DNA from: Clostridia bacterium
Lineage (GTDB): Bacteria; Bacillota; Clostridia; Oscillospirales; UBA644
Assembly (NCBI GenBank): GCA_017934975.1
Contig: JAGBIM010000006.1
Coordinates: 2,311 to 66,310, forward strand
Reading direction: 5' to 3'
Length of the DNA stretch: 64,000 bases
In this document: in pieces, positions 10,056 to 20,673 of the stretch
Numbering within the stretch: position 1 is the first letter of the stretch
Layout: each line of letters starts with the position of its first letter
The notes under the pieces: model-generated
What the model was told of the DNA's origin: nothing
Seen by the model: only the letters and a program-made list of their open reading frames with translations
Database searches by the model: none
Program-made: the position numbers and the translations under genes

Positions 10056-11123
10056 TTATTCTCCCGTGTAGACTCCGTAATGGATGCGCACCTTGGCCAC
10101 CCCTTCGTCCACGGTATAATCCCCCATGTTCGCCGTCAGCGCTTCTCCGTTTTGGGCGTTTTGCACGCCGCGCAGAAGACAATCCGCCATGGCGTTGCCG
10201 TCTTGGGTCACGGTTCCTGCCATTTTGCCCGTGCGGATCAGCTCCTTGGCCGCGTCAATGGCGTCCACCCCGAAAACGGGGATGGTGGTGCCCGTGCCGT
10301 TGTTAAATCCCGCGCCCTGCAGGGCGGTGATGGCACCCTCCGCCATGTTGTCGTTGTTGCAGATGATCAACTCGATCATGTTTCCGTTGGCGGTGCTGTA
10401 CCCCGCAAGGGCGGTGGTCATGGCCTCGTTGGCCGCCTGCGCGGACCATTTCCCCTCTCGGTCGGCAATATAGCCGTCCCCGTTGGAGGGATCGTAGAAT
10501 TTCAGCGGGGGTTTTCCGCCCTGCTGCAGCTTTGCGTTGGCGTTTTCCACGGAATAGCGGGTGCGGTAGATGGCCTCGCTGTTTCCCTTTTCCCCCATGA
10601 AGAGAAGATAGGAAATGACGCCGTCCTTGTTCAGGTCGGTTTTTTCATAATTTTTCAGCAGATAGTCGCCGATCATGTCTCCCTGCAGTTTCCCCGCTTC
10701 CGTGGCGTCGGTGCCCACGAACATGCATTTTTCATAGCTCTTTACCACCGCGTCGGAGACCTCGCGGTTGAAGAAAATCACGGGGATCCCCGCATTTTTT
10801 GCCAGATTGACGATGCCCATGGCCGCGTCGTCGGAGCCGGTGGTCACCACGTTGACCAGCAGCAGCTTTGCCCCCTTGGTGATGGCGGTCTGCACCTGCT
10901 CGGTCTGGGTGGTCTGACTGTTGTTGGAGTCGTAGTCCTGATAAGAAATGCCCGCCTGATGCAGTTTTTTGTCCAGAGCACTGCGGACGGTGGAGACGTA
11001 GGCGTCACTGTAGGTGTAATAAAAAACGTGGACGTCGGCGCTTCCGCGGCCCATGCCGCAGGCGGAAAGAAGAGGAATGGTGAGACAGAATATCATGAGA
11101 AAAATCAAAATTTTGCGTTTCAT
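10056..11123 (-). CDS. mglB: galactose/glucose ABC transporter substrate-binding lipoprotein
   Basis: Lipobox LSAC; VIFFNRE, NNDNMAEGA, PVFGVDA. Confidence 0.88.
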   Translation of the reverse strand: MKRKILIFLMIFCLTIPLLSACGMGRGSADVHVFYYTYSDAYVSTVRSALDKKLHQAGISYQDYDSNNSQTTQTEQVQTAITKGAKLLLVNVVTTGSDDAAMGIVNLAKNAGIPVIFFNREVSDAVVKSYEKCMFVGTDATEAGKLQGDMIGDYLLKNYEKTDLNKDGVISYLLFMGEKGNSEAIYRTRYSVENANAKLQQGGKPPLKFYDPSNGDGYIADREGKWSAQAANEAMTTALAGYSTANGNMIELIICNNDNMAEGAITALQGAGFNNGTGTTIPVFGVDAIDAAKELIRTGKMAGTVTQDGNAMADCLLRGVQNAQNGEALTANMGDYTVDEGVAKVRIHYGVYTGE

Positions 11124-11284
11124 AATCGTCCTCCGTGGATGGTTTTTTCCATAGTATATCCGTTGCGGGCAAAAAAATGCGACGGAAAAAATTTTCCGTC
11201 GGAATCGTATATATTATAGGTAGAGGAGATCTGTTTTTTTTGCACGAAAAGAAAAAAACGGTTTGAACAAGATCTCGCGCGCAG

Positions 11285-11705
11285 GGGCCCTTCCGCATTT
11301 TCTCCCGAAAATGCTCCGCCCCTCGCCGCTTCGCGGCAAGGGGCGGCCCGCGGCGGACGCCGCGGGGGAAGGGGTTTTTGCACGACTCTTGAACGGTGCG
11401 CAATCCGTGAGCGAGGCGCTGACGTAAGCCTTCCCTTAGTAAGGGAAGGGGGACCGCGAAGCGGGGGAAGGGATTGTCCCGCGCGACGCAGTCGCAGATC
11501 CCTTTTTACTTGAATCGTAACATTTTCCGAGTCAATCCCCTCAGTCATCTACGATGACAGCTCCCCTTACTAAGGGGAGCCAAACCGATGTGCCGTGTCT
11601 TGCGTTTGTTCCCCTTTCCGAGAGAACCTCTCTGTGAAATCAGGTTCGGCGCCCTGTGCACCCGAGCTTGCCGCCTCCTTTCCCGCCACGGGAAAGGGAA
11701 GGGGT
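11285..11705. repeat. mosaic intergenic repeat cluster
   Basis: Inverted copy of the GC-rich module at 24590-24678, and a direct copy of about 2940-3190. Confidence 0.85.
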
Positions 11706-11773
11706 TTGTTTGCGCAAAGAGTGTGCTTATCACGGACAACAAAACAAAAACAAACGCAGCACTTTGCGGACAC

Positions 11774-11805
11774 AAAAAAACTGCCCGAAGTTCGAGCAGT
11801 TTTTT
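11774..11805 (-). terminator. bidirectional-type terminator after the SDR gene
   Basis: AAAAAAACTGCCCGAA-G-TTCGAGCAGTTTTTT. Confidence 0.65.
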
Positions 11806-11810
11806 AATCT

Positions 11811-12884
11811 TTAACTCAACATAATTTGTCCGCCGGTGACGGGGATGGCTTGTCCCGTTTCGTAGGCCTGTTCCACGCAGTAGTAGACGGCGCGGACCAC
11901 GTCGGCGGCTTCACACCCACGACCCAGGGGGACCTTCGATTCGTAATAGGCCCGAACCTCCTCCACGGTGGTGGCTCCGGGCACCTTGCCCGCCTTGAGA
12001 TATTGGACGAACAGACCCTTTTCCGGGTCCGACCACAAAGGCCCGTTCAGATAATTCCCCGGGCAGACCGCGTTGACCTTGATGCCGTAGGGGGCCAATT
12101 CCAGAGCGAAGGATTTGGTCAGCCCGATCCCCCCCGCCTTGCTGCCCGCGTAGGCAAAGTTTTTGTTGGAGCCTTCCAGCCCCGATTTGGAATTGATCTG
12201 CACGATATCGAACAGGTCCCGGGGACGGAACCGCTTTTGCAGCTTCATCACCGCCGAAACGGCCTGAACCCCCAGGAAATAGGCGGTATAATTCACCTTC
12301 ATCGACAGTTCGAAGTCCCCTTCGGTCATGGTTTCCAGGGAACCCGACCGCACGATGCCCGCGTTGTTCACAAACACGTCGATCCCGCCGTAGGTGCGCA
12401 CCGTCTCGGCCACGGCGGCGGAAACGTCCTCCTGCGAACCCACGTTACAACGGAGCCCCAACGCCGCGTCCTTGCCCCATTTGGTGCACAATTCTTCCGC
12501 CAAAGCCTCGGCACCCGCACCGTTCTGGTCGGCACAGACCACCTTCGCCCCGTCGGCGGCCATTTGGGCGGCAATGTCCTTCCCAAGCCCCTGTGCGGCC
12601 CCCGTGACCAGGACGATTTTCCCTTCCATTCTGCGGTTTTTCGCGGAATCGAAGGGCGTGTAATGAAAAGAGCCAAGCCCCTTGACGGTGACGCAGGCGG
12701 GAGGATTTTCCATCCCCTGCAACCCCTCGGAAAGGGCGGCGTATAACCCTTCGGGCTCCCCGTTTTCCAAGGTCAGCCCCTCGGATTCTTGAGGATCAAA
12801 CCGCAACGTCCCCATCCGTTCATCCTGAGCCAGTATGGCACGGAAAGCGGGGGCGATTTGCAGGATTTTTTCAAAATCAGCCAT
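11811..12884 (-). CDS. srlD: sorbitol-6-phosphate dehydrogenase-like SDR with N-terminal extension
   Basis: TGAAQGLG, NNAGI, QINSKSG, YAGSK, LFVQYL, YYESKVPLGRGC. Confidence 0.75.
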   Translation of the reverse strand: MADFEKILQIAPAFRAILAQDERMGTLRFDPQESEGLTLENGEPEGLYAALSEGLQGMENPPACVTVKGLGSFHYTPFDSAKNRRMEGKIVLVTGAAQGLGKDIAAQMAADGAKVVCADQNGAGAEALAEELCTKWGKDAALGLRCNVGSQEDVSAAVAETVRTYGGIDVFVNNAGIVRSGSLETMTEGDFELSMKVNYTAYFLGVQAVSAVMKLQKRFRPRDLFDIVQINSKSGLEGSNKNFAYAGSKAGGIGLTKSFALELAPYGIKVNAVCPGNYLNGPLWSDPEKGLFVQYLKAGKVPGATTVEEVRAYYESKVPLGRGCEAADVVRAVYYCVEQAYETGQAIPVTGGQIMLS

Positions 12885-12892
12885 AAAATTCC

Positions 12893-13567
12893 TCAGTTGA
12901 GCATGGTTTTGCCTTCGCCGAAGGCTTTTTCAAAATCCGCCACGAAAGCGTCTACCGCCGCGGTAACGGTGGGATTCTTCAAAAGTCCCTCGATGATGTC
13001 GGGAGCGGCGGTGGCGGCCCCCACGCCGTATTCGCAAAGAGACAGCACCTGTTGGGAGTTCTTGAAGCTGGCGGCAAGGATTTCCGTGGGAAGATCGTTG
13101 TTTTCCAGAATATTCTGAATGGTCTTGGCGGTTTCCACCCCGTCGGCTCCCAGATTGTCGATACGGTTGATGTAGGGCGCCACGTAATCGGCCCCCGCTT
13201 TGGCGGCCAGATAAGCCTGCTGGGCGGTGTAAATGGCGGTGGCGGTGATGTTGAAGCCCTTCTCCTTCAGCATCTTCATGGCCTTGATGCCTTCGGGGAC
13301 GGAGGGAACCTTGATATAGGTGTTTTTGCCGAGAATTTCCGTGATTTTTTCCGCCTCGATGACCATTTCCTCCGCGGTGAGGGAGACCACCTGCACGTGC
13401 AGTTCCATGTCGTTTCCGATGAGGGAGCGGATGGCCTTCAGCTGAGCGTAGGGCTCTTTCCCTTCCTTGGCGAGGATGGAGGGGTTGGTGGTGACCCCGT
13501 CGCAGGGGTAGTATTCCATCATTTTGCCGATCTTTTCCAGATTGGCGTCGTCGATCAAGAGTTTCAT
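12893..13567 (-). CDS. fsa: fructose-6-phosphate aldolase / transaldolase family protein
   Basis: GVTTNPSI, YIKVP, YVAPYINR, LAASFKN; start set at the ATG after the AGGAG RBS. Confidence 0.88.
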   Translation of the reverse strand: MKLLIDDANLEKIGKMMEYYPCDGVTTNPSILAKEGKEPYAQLKAIRSLIGNDMELHVQVVSLTAEEMVIEAEKITEILGKNTYIKVPSVPEGIKAMKMLKEKGFNITATAIYTAQQAYLAAKAGADYVAPYINRIDNLGADGVETAKTIQNILENNDLPTEILAASFKNSQQVLSLCEYGVGAATAAPDIIEGLLKNPTVTAAVDAFVADFEKAFGEGKTMLN

Positions 13568-13725
13568 AAGGTGATCTCCTTTTTTATATTTTACGGGTTC
13601 AGTATAGCACAAAACGCGAAAAAAGTAAAGAGGGAACGCAATTTTTTTTAAAATCCGCTGAATTTGTAACAATTTCTTCTTATTTCTGTGATAAGATGAA
13701 AAAAAACCTTGGGAGGTAACGGATT

Positions 13726-14928
13726 ATGTTACGGAAAAAATGGTTGGAACAATATAAAAACACCGTCTCGGAACGGGACTATCGGATTCTGGACAAGGCG
13801 TCCCGCATCCTGACCCAAAACGTGGTTCCCCACGAAGAAGGAACTCTCTGGAAGCCTTATCGGGCCATCTGCCCCTCTTATACGAAAAAAATGACCAAGA
13901 ACGGCCTGCGCAGCTGCTTCCCCGGCATCTGGAACTGGGACAGCGCCTTCCACACGGTGGGGGTCGCCCGCTTTGACAAGGAACTGGCCCAGGAACAGAT
14001 GGAGGCCTTTTTCCTCTTCCAGAAAGAGGACGGATTTTTGCCCGACGTGATTTTCACCCCCGAGCAGAACAACGTGATTCGGGACGAATACGGCAAGCCC
14101 CCCGTTTGGGCCTGGGCCATGGAACGCCTCGACCGCACCTGCCCCGACGACGAATTCTTAAAGAAAATGTACCCCAAACTGGTGAAAAACGAGAATTTCT
14201 GGCGCACCCGGCGGTATAACGAGCAGGACGGGCTGTTCTTCTACTCCACCTCGGAGCAGGGGAAAATGCGCCTGACCTACATCGGCTGGGAATCGGGTCT
14301 GGACGATTCCATCCGCTTTGACGACGGGGCTATTGAGTATATGTACCCCATCGACCTGAACTGCTTTATGGTCTCCTTCTACAAATCCATGCAATATCTG
14401 GCCTGCCGTCTGGGGCTTGCCGCCGACGCGGAAGCGTGGTATGCGAAGGAAAAAGAACTGACCGGGCGGATTCAGACCGCACTGTGGAGCGAGGAGGATC
14501 AGTGCTTCTGGGATTGGAATTTCAAGGAAAAGGATTTCGCGCGGGTTCTGACCCCTGCCGCCTTTATGCCCCTGTGGGTGGGCATCGCCACCCCCGCCCA
14601 GGCCGCCGCCTTGGAAAAGCTGGCCGCCGATCCCGCAAAGCTCTATCCCTGTATGCCCACCGTATCCCTGGACCATCCCAAGATGAACCCCGTGGGCTAT
14701 TGGCGGGGCTCCGTGTGGATGAACGTGGCCTATTTCGCCATTAAGGGGCTCTACGATTACGGCTTCCGCAAGACCGCCATGGGCATCCGCAACACCCTTC
14801 TGGACTGGATGGATCGGGACGAAAGCATCCATGAAAACTACAACCCCCTCACGGGAGAAGGAAAATGCGCCCCCGACTTTTCCTGGTCCTGCGTGTTCGC
14901 CATGGAAATGGTTCTGGAAATGAAATAA
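13726..14928 (+). CDS. GH63/trehalase-like (alpha/alpha)6 glycoside hydrolase
   Basis: WNWDSAF, KPPVWAWA, WESGLDDS, YWRGSVW, ENYNP, FSWS. Confidence 0.85.
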   Translation: MLRKKWLEQYKNTVSERDYRILDKASRILTQNVVPHEEGTLWKPYRAICPSYTKKMTKNGLRSCFPGIWNWDSAFHTVGVARFDKELAQEQMEAFFLFQKEDGFLPDVIFTPEQNNVIRDEYGKPPVWAWAMERLDRTCPDDEFLKKMYPKLVKNENFWRTRRYNEQDGLFFYSTSEQGKMRLTYIGWESGLDDSIRFDDGAIEYMYPIDLNCFMVSFYKSMQYLACRLGLAADAEAWYAKEKELTGRIQTALWSEEDQCFWDWNFKEKDFARVLTPAAFMPLWVGIATPAQAAALEKLAADPAKLYPCMPTVSLDHPKMNPVGYWRGSVWMNVAYFAIKGLYDYGFRKTAMGIRNTLLDWMDRDESIHENYNPLTGEGKCAPDFSWSCVFAMEMVLEMK

Positions 14929-14943
14929 TTCGGAGGGTTTGTA

Positions 14944-15747
14944 ATGAGCAACCTGATTCCCAACAAAATCGAATTTCATCTCGGATTGAAAAAGCCCATT
15001 CGGATTCTGCAACTGACCGACGCCCACGTGGCGTTGGCCGACGAGCGGAACGAGAACATGATCGAATATTCCCAGCGGGCAAGACGGGTCTTTTTTGAGG
15101 AGGCAAAGTGCCCCGAGCGGGACCCCATCGGCTATCTGGAAGAGGCCATGGAGTATTCCAAGGAATTTGACTGCACCGTTATGACGGGGGATATGGCAGA
15201 CTTCAACACCGAGAAGGTTTACGACACCCTCAAGGCCATTCTGGCGGGAAAGGACTATCTGTTCTGCGCGGGGAATCACGAATTCACCCCCAAACCGGGC
15301 ATTGATTCCTACGAGTTGAAGGCAAACACGGCGGAGTTCGTTCAATCCCATTTCCGCGGCAATCTGTTTTTTGAAAGCCGCATCGTGGGCGGGGTAAACG
15401 TCGTTGCGGCAGACAACGGATATTACGTCTGGACGCAGGAACAGTTCGATCGTCTGAAGGCCGAGGCCGCCAAGGGCTTGCCCATTCTTCTGTTCACCCA
15501 CGTGCCGGTGCATCCCCACCTGAAGGAGGCGGATTGGTTCCGTCAGCACGCCCGGATTCCCGGCGCGACGGAGGAGCTTTTCGAGCTGTCCGCCAAGGTG
15601 ACGCGGTATCTGTCGGAGGAACCCTTGTTCAAGGGCTTCTGCTCGGGCCATTGGCACAACAACGCCTTCATCGACTTCGACGGCAAGCCCAGCTACGTTC
15701 TGGGGGGCCTGTTCAAGGGCATCGTGGGGGAAATCACGGTAGATTGA
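14944..15747 (+). CDS. calcineurin-like metallophosphoesterase
   Basis: TDAH, TGDM, GNHE, THVP, SGHWH. Confidence 0.88.
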   Translation: MSNLIPNKIEFHLGLKKPIRILQLTDAHVALADERNENMIEYSQRARRVFFEEAKCPERDPIGYLEEAMEYSKEFDCTVMTGDMADFNTEKVYDTLKAILAGKDYLFCAGNHEFTPKPGIDSYELKANTAEFVQSHFRGNLFFESRIVGGVNVVAADNGYYVWTQEQFDRLKAEAAKGLPILLFTHVPVHPHLKEADWFRQHARIPGATEELFELSAKVTRYLSEEPLFKGFCSGHWHNNAFIDFDGKPSYVLGGLFKGIVGEITVD

Positions 15748-15816
15748 CGCGTTTTTCCGTGTACGGCGGCTCTGCCGTGGAAGTTTTTTATAAAGCCACA
15801 CAGGAGGAGAAATCTC

Positions 15817-18144
15817 ATGTCTACGAAGCTGTTCTACAACCGTTTCGTCAACGATTGGATGCACGCTCTGCCCTTGGGCAACGGGCGCATCGGAGCCATG
15901 GTGTTCGGAAATCCCGCCCGGGAGACCATTGAGATCAACGAGGAATCTCTGTGGAGCGGGCGGCAGATCGAAGAGAAGAACCACGCCACCCCCGAGGCTC
16001 TGGCGCAGATCCGCAAATATCTTGCGGAAGAGCGGTTGCAGGAGGCCTCGGCCTTGGGAGCCGAAACCTTTCTGACCGATCCGCCGCGGGTGCGGTTTTT
16101 CGAATCCTTCGGAGAGATTCTGTTGCAATTTCCCGATTGGGGCGAGGTTACCGACTACCGAAAAACTCTGGAGTTGAAGGACGCGCTGGCCACGGTGGAA
16201 TGGACCCGGGACGGGCGGAAATTCCGCAGTGAAAGCCTGGTCAGCGAAGCCTACGACGTGTTTGCCTATCGGGTTTCGGCCAGCGGAACCTTCCCCGCAA
16301 GCGTCACCGTGAAGCGGGGGCAGGACGCTTATACGGCGACCCTCTCCGCGGACACCCTCTTCCTGAACGGGCGGGTAACCTGGGGGGACGAGGAATTCTT
16401 CGGTCCCCGTGGAGAAGGGATGTCCTTCGGCGCCCGCATCAAGGTGGAAACCGACGGGCAAGCCAAGGCGACCCACGATACGATTTTCATCGAAAACGCC
16501 ACCTATATCACTCTTTACGCCGCCTTTGCCACCAACTACAACGTGGAAAAATACGATATAGACGAAAGCATCGACTATCGGGCAAGGCTGGAGGAGACGC
16601 TTTCCGCTCTGGAGGGGATTTCCTTTGAATCGGTTCTGGATCGGAATATTCGGGATCATCGGGCGAAGTACGAACGTCTTTCCCTGACTCTGGCGGGGCC
16701 CGACAAAACGCACCTGCCCACCGACCGTCGGCTGAAGGAGGTTTCCCGCGGCGCGTCGGACCCGGATCTGTGCGCACTGTATTATAATTTCGGCCGCTAT
16801 CTGTTGCTGGAAAGCTCGGGCAAGCGCTCCACCCTCCCCGCCAACCTGCAGGGCATCTGGAGCCACGGATTCCGTCCCGCCTGGGGTGCCGATTACCACA
16901 CGAACATCAACGTGCAGATGAATTATTGGCCCGCCGAGGCAGGGAACCTGTCCCACACGGTGGAGAGCTTGACCCATTTTGTGAAGATGCTGTCGAAATT
17001 CGGCGAAAAAACCGCCAAAGACCTCTTCAACGCCAAGGGCTGGGCCATCAACCACACCACGGATATTTTCGGCCGCACGGGGGTTCACGACCACGTGGGC
17101 TGCGGATTCTTCCCCATGGCGGGCCCCTGGATGTGCCTGTCCTTGTGGGAGCATTACGAATATTCCGACGATTTGGACTATCTGAAGGAAATCTGGCCCA
17201 TCCTGCGGGGCTCCTGCGAGTTCGTCTGCGATTATCTGACCGAGGACGAAAACGGAAACCTCATCACCGCGCCCTCCAACTCCCCCGAAAACTGGTTCTG
17301 GTACGATCATCCCGACGGCACCCGCAAAAAGGAGACCCTGACCCGTGGGGCAACCTTCGATTTTGAGGTGATCTACGCTCTGTTCACCCGCACGGTCTAC
17401 GCCTGCAAGATGCTGGGCGAGGAGGAAGAATTCGGGGAAAAACTTCGGAAAACCCTGAAAAAGCTGCCGCCCCTGCGGATTTCGGAGCGGTACGGCACCC
17501 TCTGCGAATGGATTCGGGACTACGAGGAGGTGGAGCCGGGGCATCGGCACATTTCCCATCTGTTCGGCCTCCATCCCGCAGACCAGATCACCGAAGCCGA
17601 CCCCGTTCTTTTCGAAGGCGCAAAAAAGACCATCGCCCGCCGTCTGAGCCACGGGGGCGGTCACACGGGCTGGTCCCGCGCCTGGACCGTCAACTTCTAC
17701 GCCCGCTTCCGGGAAGGGGACGAGGCGTTGCGGCATCTTTACGCCCTTTTTGCCACCAATACGGAGGCCAACCTCTTTGACCTGCATCCCCCTCATATTT
17801 TCCAGATTGACGGAAATCTGGGGGCCACGGCGGGGATCAACGAAATGCTGCTCCAAAGCCATTTGGGCGAAGCGGGAAGCCGCATCGTACAGCTGTTGCC
17901 CGCCCTGCCCGCGGAATGGGAAAAAGGCGCGGTAAAGGGGCTGAAGGCCCGTGGCAATTTCACCTTTGATTTTGCCTGGGAACAGGGCAAGCTGACCGCC
18001 GTTTCCGTATCCTGCCCCGAAGAAAAGGTTCTTCGGTGGAAGATCGGAGACCAAAAGCCCGCGTCCTCGGCGGAATATACCGTAAAAGACGGAATTCTGT
18101 ACTGCACCCTGCCTGCGGGACGACCCGTAACCTTTACCTTTTAA
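15817..18144 (+). CDS. GH95 alpha-L-fucosidase-like glycoside hydrolase
   Basis: ALPLGNGRIGAMV, FGRYLL, PANLQGIW, YHTNINVQMNYW, HRHISHL, FQIDGN. Confidence 0.93.
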   Translation: MSTKLFYNRFVNDWMHALPLGNGRIGAMVFGNPARETIEINEESLWSGRQIEEKNHATPEALAQIRKYLAEERLQEASALGAETFLTDPPRVRFFESFGEILLQFPDWGEVTDYRKTLELKDALATVEWTRDGRKFRSESLVSEAYDVFAYRVSASGTFPASVTVKRGQDAYTATLSADTLFLNGRVTWGDEEFFGPRGEGMSFGARIKVETDGQAKATHDTIFIENATYITLYAAFATNYNVEKYDIDESIDYRARLEETLSALEGISFESVLDRNIRDHRAKYERLSLTLAGPDKTHLPTDRRLKEVSRGASDPDLCALYYNFGRYLLLESSGKRSTLPANLQGIWSHGFRPAWGADYHTNINVQMNYWPAEAGNLSHTVESLTHFVKMLSKFGEKTAKDLFNAKGWAINHTTDIFGRTGVHDHVGCGFFPMAGPWMCLSLWEHYEYSDDLDYLKEIWPILRGSCEFVCDYLTEDENGNLITAPSNSPENWFWYDHPDGTRKKETLTRGATFDFEVIYALFTRTVYACKMLGEEEEFGEKLRKTLKKLPPLRISERYGTLCEWIRDYEEVEPGHRHISHLFGLHPADQITEADPVLFEGAKKTIARRLSHGGGHTGWSRAWTVNFYARFREGDEALRHLYALFATNTEANLFDLHPPHIFQIDGNLGATAGINEMLLQSHLGEAGSRIVQLLPALPAEWEKGAVKGLKARGNFTFDFAWEQGKLTAVSVSCPEEKVLRWKIGDQKPASSAEYTVKDGILYCTLPAGRPVTFTF

Positions 18145-18153
18145 GGAGACCGT

Positions 18154-18699
18154 ATGATGAAATGGATGATTGCGTCGGATATTCACGGCTCGGCGAAATA
18201 TTGCAAAGAGCTGCTGAACGCCTTTGACCAAGAAGGGGCCCACCGTCTGCTTCTGTTGGGGGATCTTTTGTATCACGGCCCCCGAAACGATCTGCCCGAG
18301 GGCTACGCCCCCAAGGAGGTCATCGCCCTTTTGAATGCCCGCAAGGACGTTTTGTTCTGCGTGCGGGGCAACTGCGAGGCGGAGGTGGATCAGATGGTGC
18401 TGGACTTTCCCGTTCTGGGCGATTATATGCTCCTCTGGGCGGAAAACCGTATGATCTACGCCACCCACGGCCATCACTGCGGGGAGCAGAATCCGCCCCC
18501 CTTCGCCAAGGGAAGCGTGCTTCTGAACGGACACACCCACGTGCCTGCCTGCGTGGATCACGGGGACTGGCTCTATCTCAATCCGGGCTCGGTCTCCATT
18601 CCCAAGGAAAATTCTCCACGGGGCTATATGACCCTGGAGGGGACCCGCCTGGCGTGGAAAACCCTGGCGGGGGAAATTTGGAAAACCTACGAACTGTGA
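18154..18699 (+). CDS. yfcE: phosphodiesterase YfcE family
   Basis: SDIHGS, GDLLYHGPRN, RGNCEAEVDQ, GHTHVP, NPGS. Confidence 0.9.
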   Translation: MMKWMIASDIHGSAKYCKELLNAFDQEGAHRLLLLGDLLYHGPRNDLPEGYAPKEVIALLNARKDVLFCVRGNCEAEVDQMVLDFPVLGDYMLLWAENRMIYATHGHHCGEQNPPPFAKGSVLLNGHTHVPACVDHGDWLYLNPGSVSIPKENSPRGYMTLEGTRLAWKTLAGEIWKTYEL

Positions 18700-18708
18700 G
18701 GGATTGCG

Positions 18709-19656
18709 ATGAAACTGTCGAAGCAACAACTGGAATCGGTGCTTTTCGGTGCCGAGGAACTTCAATGGAACGAAGAAATTCTCACCCCCTATAAAGTTTC
18801 CAAGCCCACCCGCGACGCGTGGTTTGCTCTGGAGGAGGGGTTGGGACTGCGGGCGGAGGTTCCCACGGGATGCCGTCTGGACTTTGTCACCGACAGCGGG
18901 GAGGTCACCTTTACCCTGACGGGCACCCCCTACGATTGTCTGGTGGACGGCCTTCTCACCGACCGCTTTGAGGGGAGCGATTCCCCCGAGGCCTTTTCCG
19001 TCACTTTGGACGGTCAGCCCCACCGCGTGACCCTGATTTTCCCCTCTCACAACGGGATTATTCCCCGCATCCACGGGGTGGAGGTCTGTGACGGCGCTTC
19101 GGTCACTCCCCACGAATACGGAGAAAAATTCCTCTTTTTGGGGGATTCCATTACCCAGGGCTGGAATTCGGGCATTGATTCTCTGTCCTACGCCTGGCGC
19201 ACGAGCCTGTTTTTTAACGCGGACTGCCGCATTTACGGGGTAGGGGGCGCATGCTTCTATCCCTCCACCTTCGAAAAGCCCGCGAAATTTGATCCGGATC
19301 GGGTCTTCGTGGCCTTCGGGACCAACGATTTCGGTCATTTCAAGACCTTGGAAGACCTGCATACCGCCGCGTCGGATTATCTGGACCTGGTCTGCGGGGC
19401 CTTCGGAGGCAAAAAGATCTACGGCATTACCCCCATCTGGCGGTACGATACCTGGATCAAGCCCATGGGCACCTTCGACGAATGCATCGACGTGATTCGG
19501 GAAGAATACGAAAAGCGGAGCATTCCCGTCATCGACGGGCTGGATCTGGTGCCTCACAACAAAACCTTCTTCGCCGACGCTCTGCATCCCAACGCGCTGG
19601 GCTTCAGTCTGTACGCGGAAAATCTCATCCGCTTTTTGCAGGAGGAAGAGGCATGA
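18709..19656 (+). CDS. SGNH/GDSL hydrolase
   Basis: GDSITQG, FGTND, DALHPN. Confidence 0.9.
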   Translation: MKLSKQQLESVLFGAEELQWNEEILTPYKVSKPTRDAWFALEEGLGLRAEVPTGCRLDFVTDSGEVTFTLTGTPYDCLVDGLLTDRFEGSDSPEAFSVTLDGQPHRVTLIFPSHNGIIPRIHGVEVCDGASVTPHEYGEKFLFLGDSITQGWNSGIDSLSYAWRTSLFFNADCRIYGVGGACFYPSTFEKPAKFDPDRVFVAFGTNDFGHFKTLEDLHTAASDYLDLVCGAFGGKKIYGITPIWRYDTWIKPMGTFDECIDVIREEYEKRSIPVIDGLDLVPHNKTFFADALHPNALGFSLYAENLIRFLQEEEA

Positions 19657-20582
19657 CCCTGCGGGAAATCCGAAAATTTCTCTTCGGCGCCGTGGAAACG
19701 CGGGAAGAAAAAGGGGGCCTTCGCGCCTTCCCCATTCCCGAAAAAATCCGCAGAATCTGGGGAGAAAAGGCCGATTGGCTGGAGACCCACGCCTCCTTCC
19801 CCACGGGGGTGCGCCTCGATCTGCACACCGACGCCCCCACCGTCTGCTTCACCCTTTCGGGGGGCACCTTTACGGTGGCGTTGGACGGACTGTTTGCGGG
19901 AAAATGGGAGGCAATGGAGAAAACAACCTTCTCTCTGTCCCTGCCTGCGGGGGACCATCGGGTAACCATGTGGTATCCCCTGCACGAGAACGGCATCGTC
20001 CACGACCTGACCCTGCCCGAAGGATATTCCGCCACGCCCCACGCCTACGATTGCAGTTTTCTGTTTCTGGGCGATTCCATCACCCAAGGCTTTTGTGCGG
20101 AACACGACACCTGCGCCTTTGCCCTGCAGGTTTCGGCGGCCTGCAACGCGGATTGTCTGATCCAAGGGGTGGGCGGCGCGTATTTTAATCCCGACGCCTT
20201 TGAAAAGCCCGAGTATTTCGATCCCCATCGGGTCATCGTGGCCTTCGGCACCAACGACCCCACCTGGGGCTTTGACGGAGAAACTTTGCGAAAGCAGACG
20301 GGGGACTATCTGGAAAAGCTGGTTGCCGCCTTCGGGCCCGCAAAGGTGCTCTGCATCCTGCCCATCTGGCGGAGCGAAAACTCTCTGAAAGAAGAGATCC
20401 GCGGATTTTACGGGGAATGTATGGCCATGATTCGGCAGGAAGCGGAAAAGCGGGATATTCCCGTTGTGGACGGATTGACCTTGGTGCCCCATCATCCCGA
20501 TTATTTCGCGGCGGATTGCCTGCATCCCAACGATCGGGGCTTCGGGGCCTACGCCTGCAATCTGTTGCCCTATTTGTTTTGA
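19653..20582 (+). CDS. SGNH/GDSL hydrolase (tandem paralog)
   Basis: GDSITQG, FGTND, DCLHPN; ATGA overlap with the previous gene. Confidence 0.88.
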   Translation: MTLREIRKFLFGAVETREEKGGLRAFPIPEKIRRIWGEKADWLETHASFPTGVRLDLHTDAPTVCFTLSGGTFTVALDGLFAGKWEAMEKTTFSLSLPAGDHRVTMWYPLHENGIVHDLTLPEGYSATPHAYDCSFLFLGDSITQGFCAEHDTCAFALQVSAACNADCLIQGVGGAYFNPDAFEKPEYFDPHRVIVAFGTNDPTWGFDGETLRKQTGDYLEKLVAAFGPAKVLCILPIWRSENSLKEEIRGFYGECMAMIRQEAEKRDIPVVDGLTLVPHHPDYFAADCLHPNDRGFGAYACNLLPYLF

Positions 20583-20673
20583 CACATTTCGACAAATTCC
20601 CAAAAGTCCTTAACAAGATTGTAACAATCATATTCTATAATAGTACAAAGATTTCGGGAAAGGAGGACTTCTT

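Noticed and set aside
14158-19587. Very long antisense ORFs (also 668-3019, 3563-7090, 8465-10306, 21690-23354)
   Set aside because: Shadows of GC-rich coding genes on the opposite strand, with no motifs or RBS
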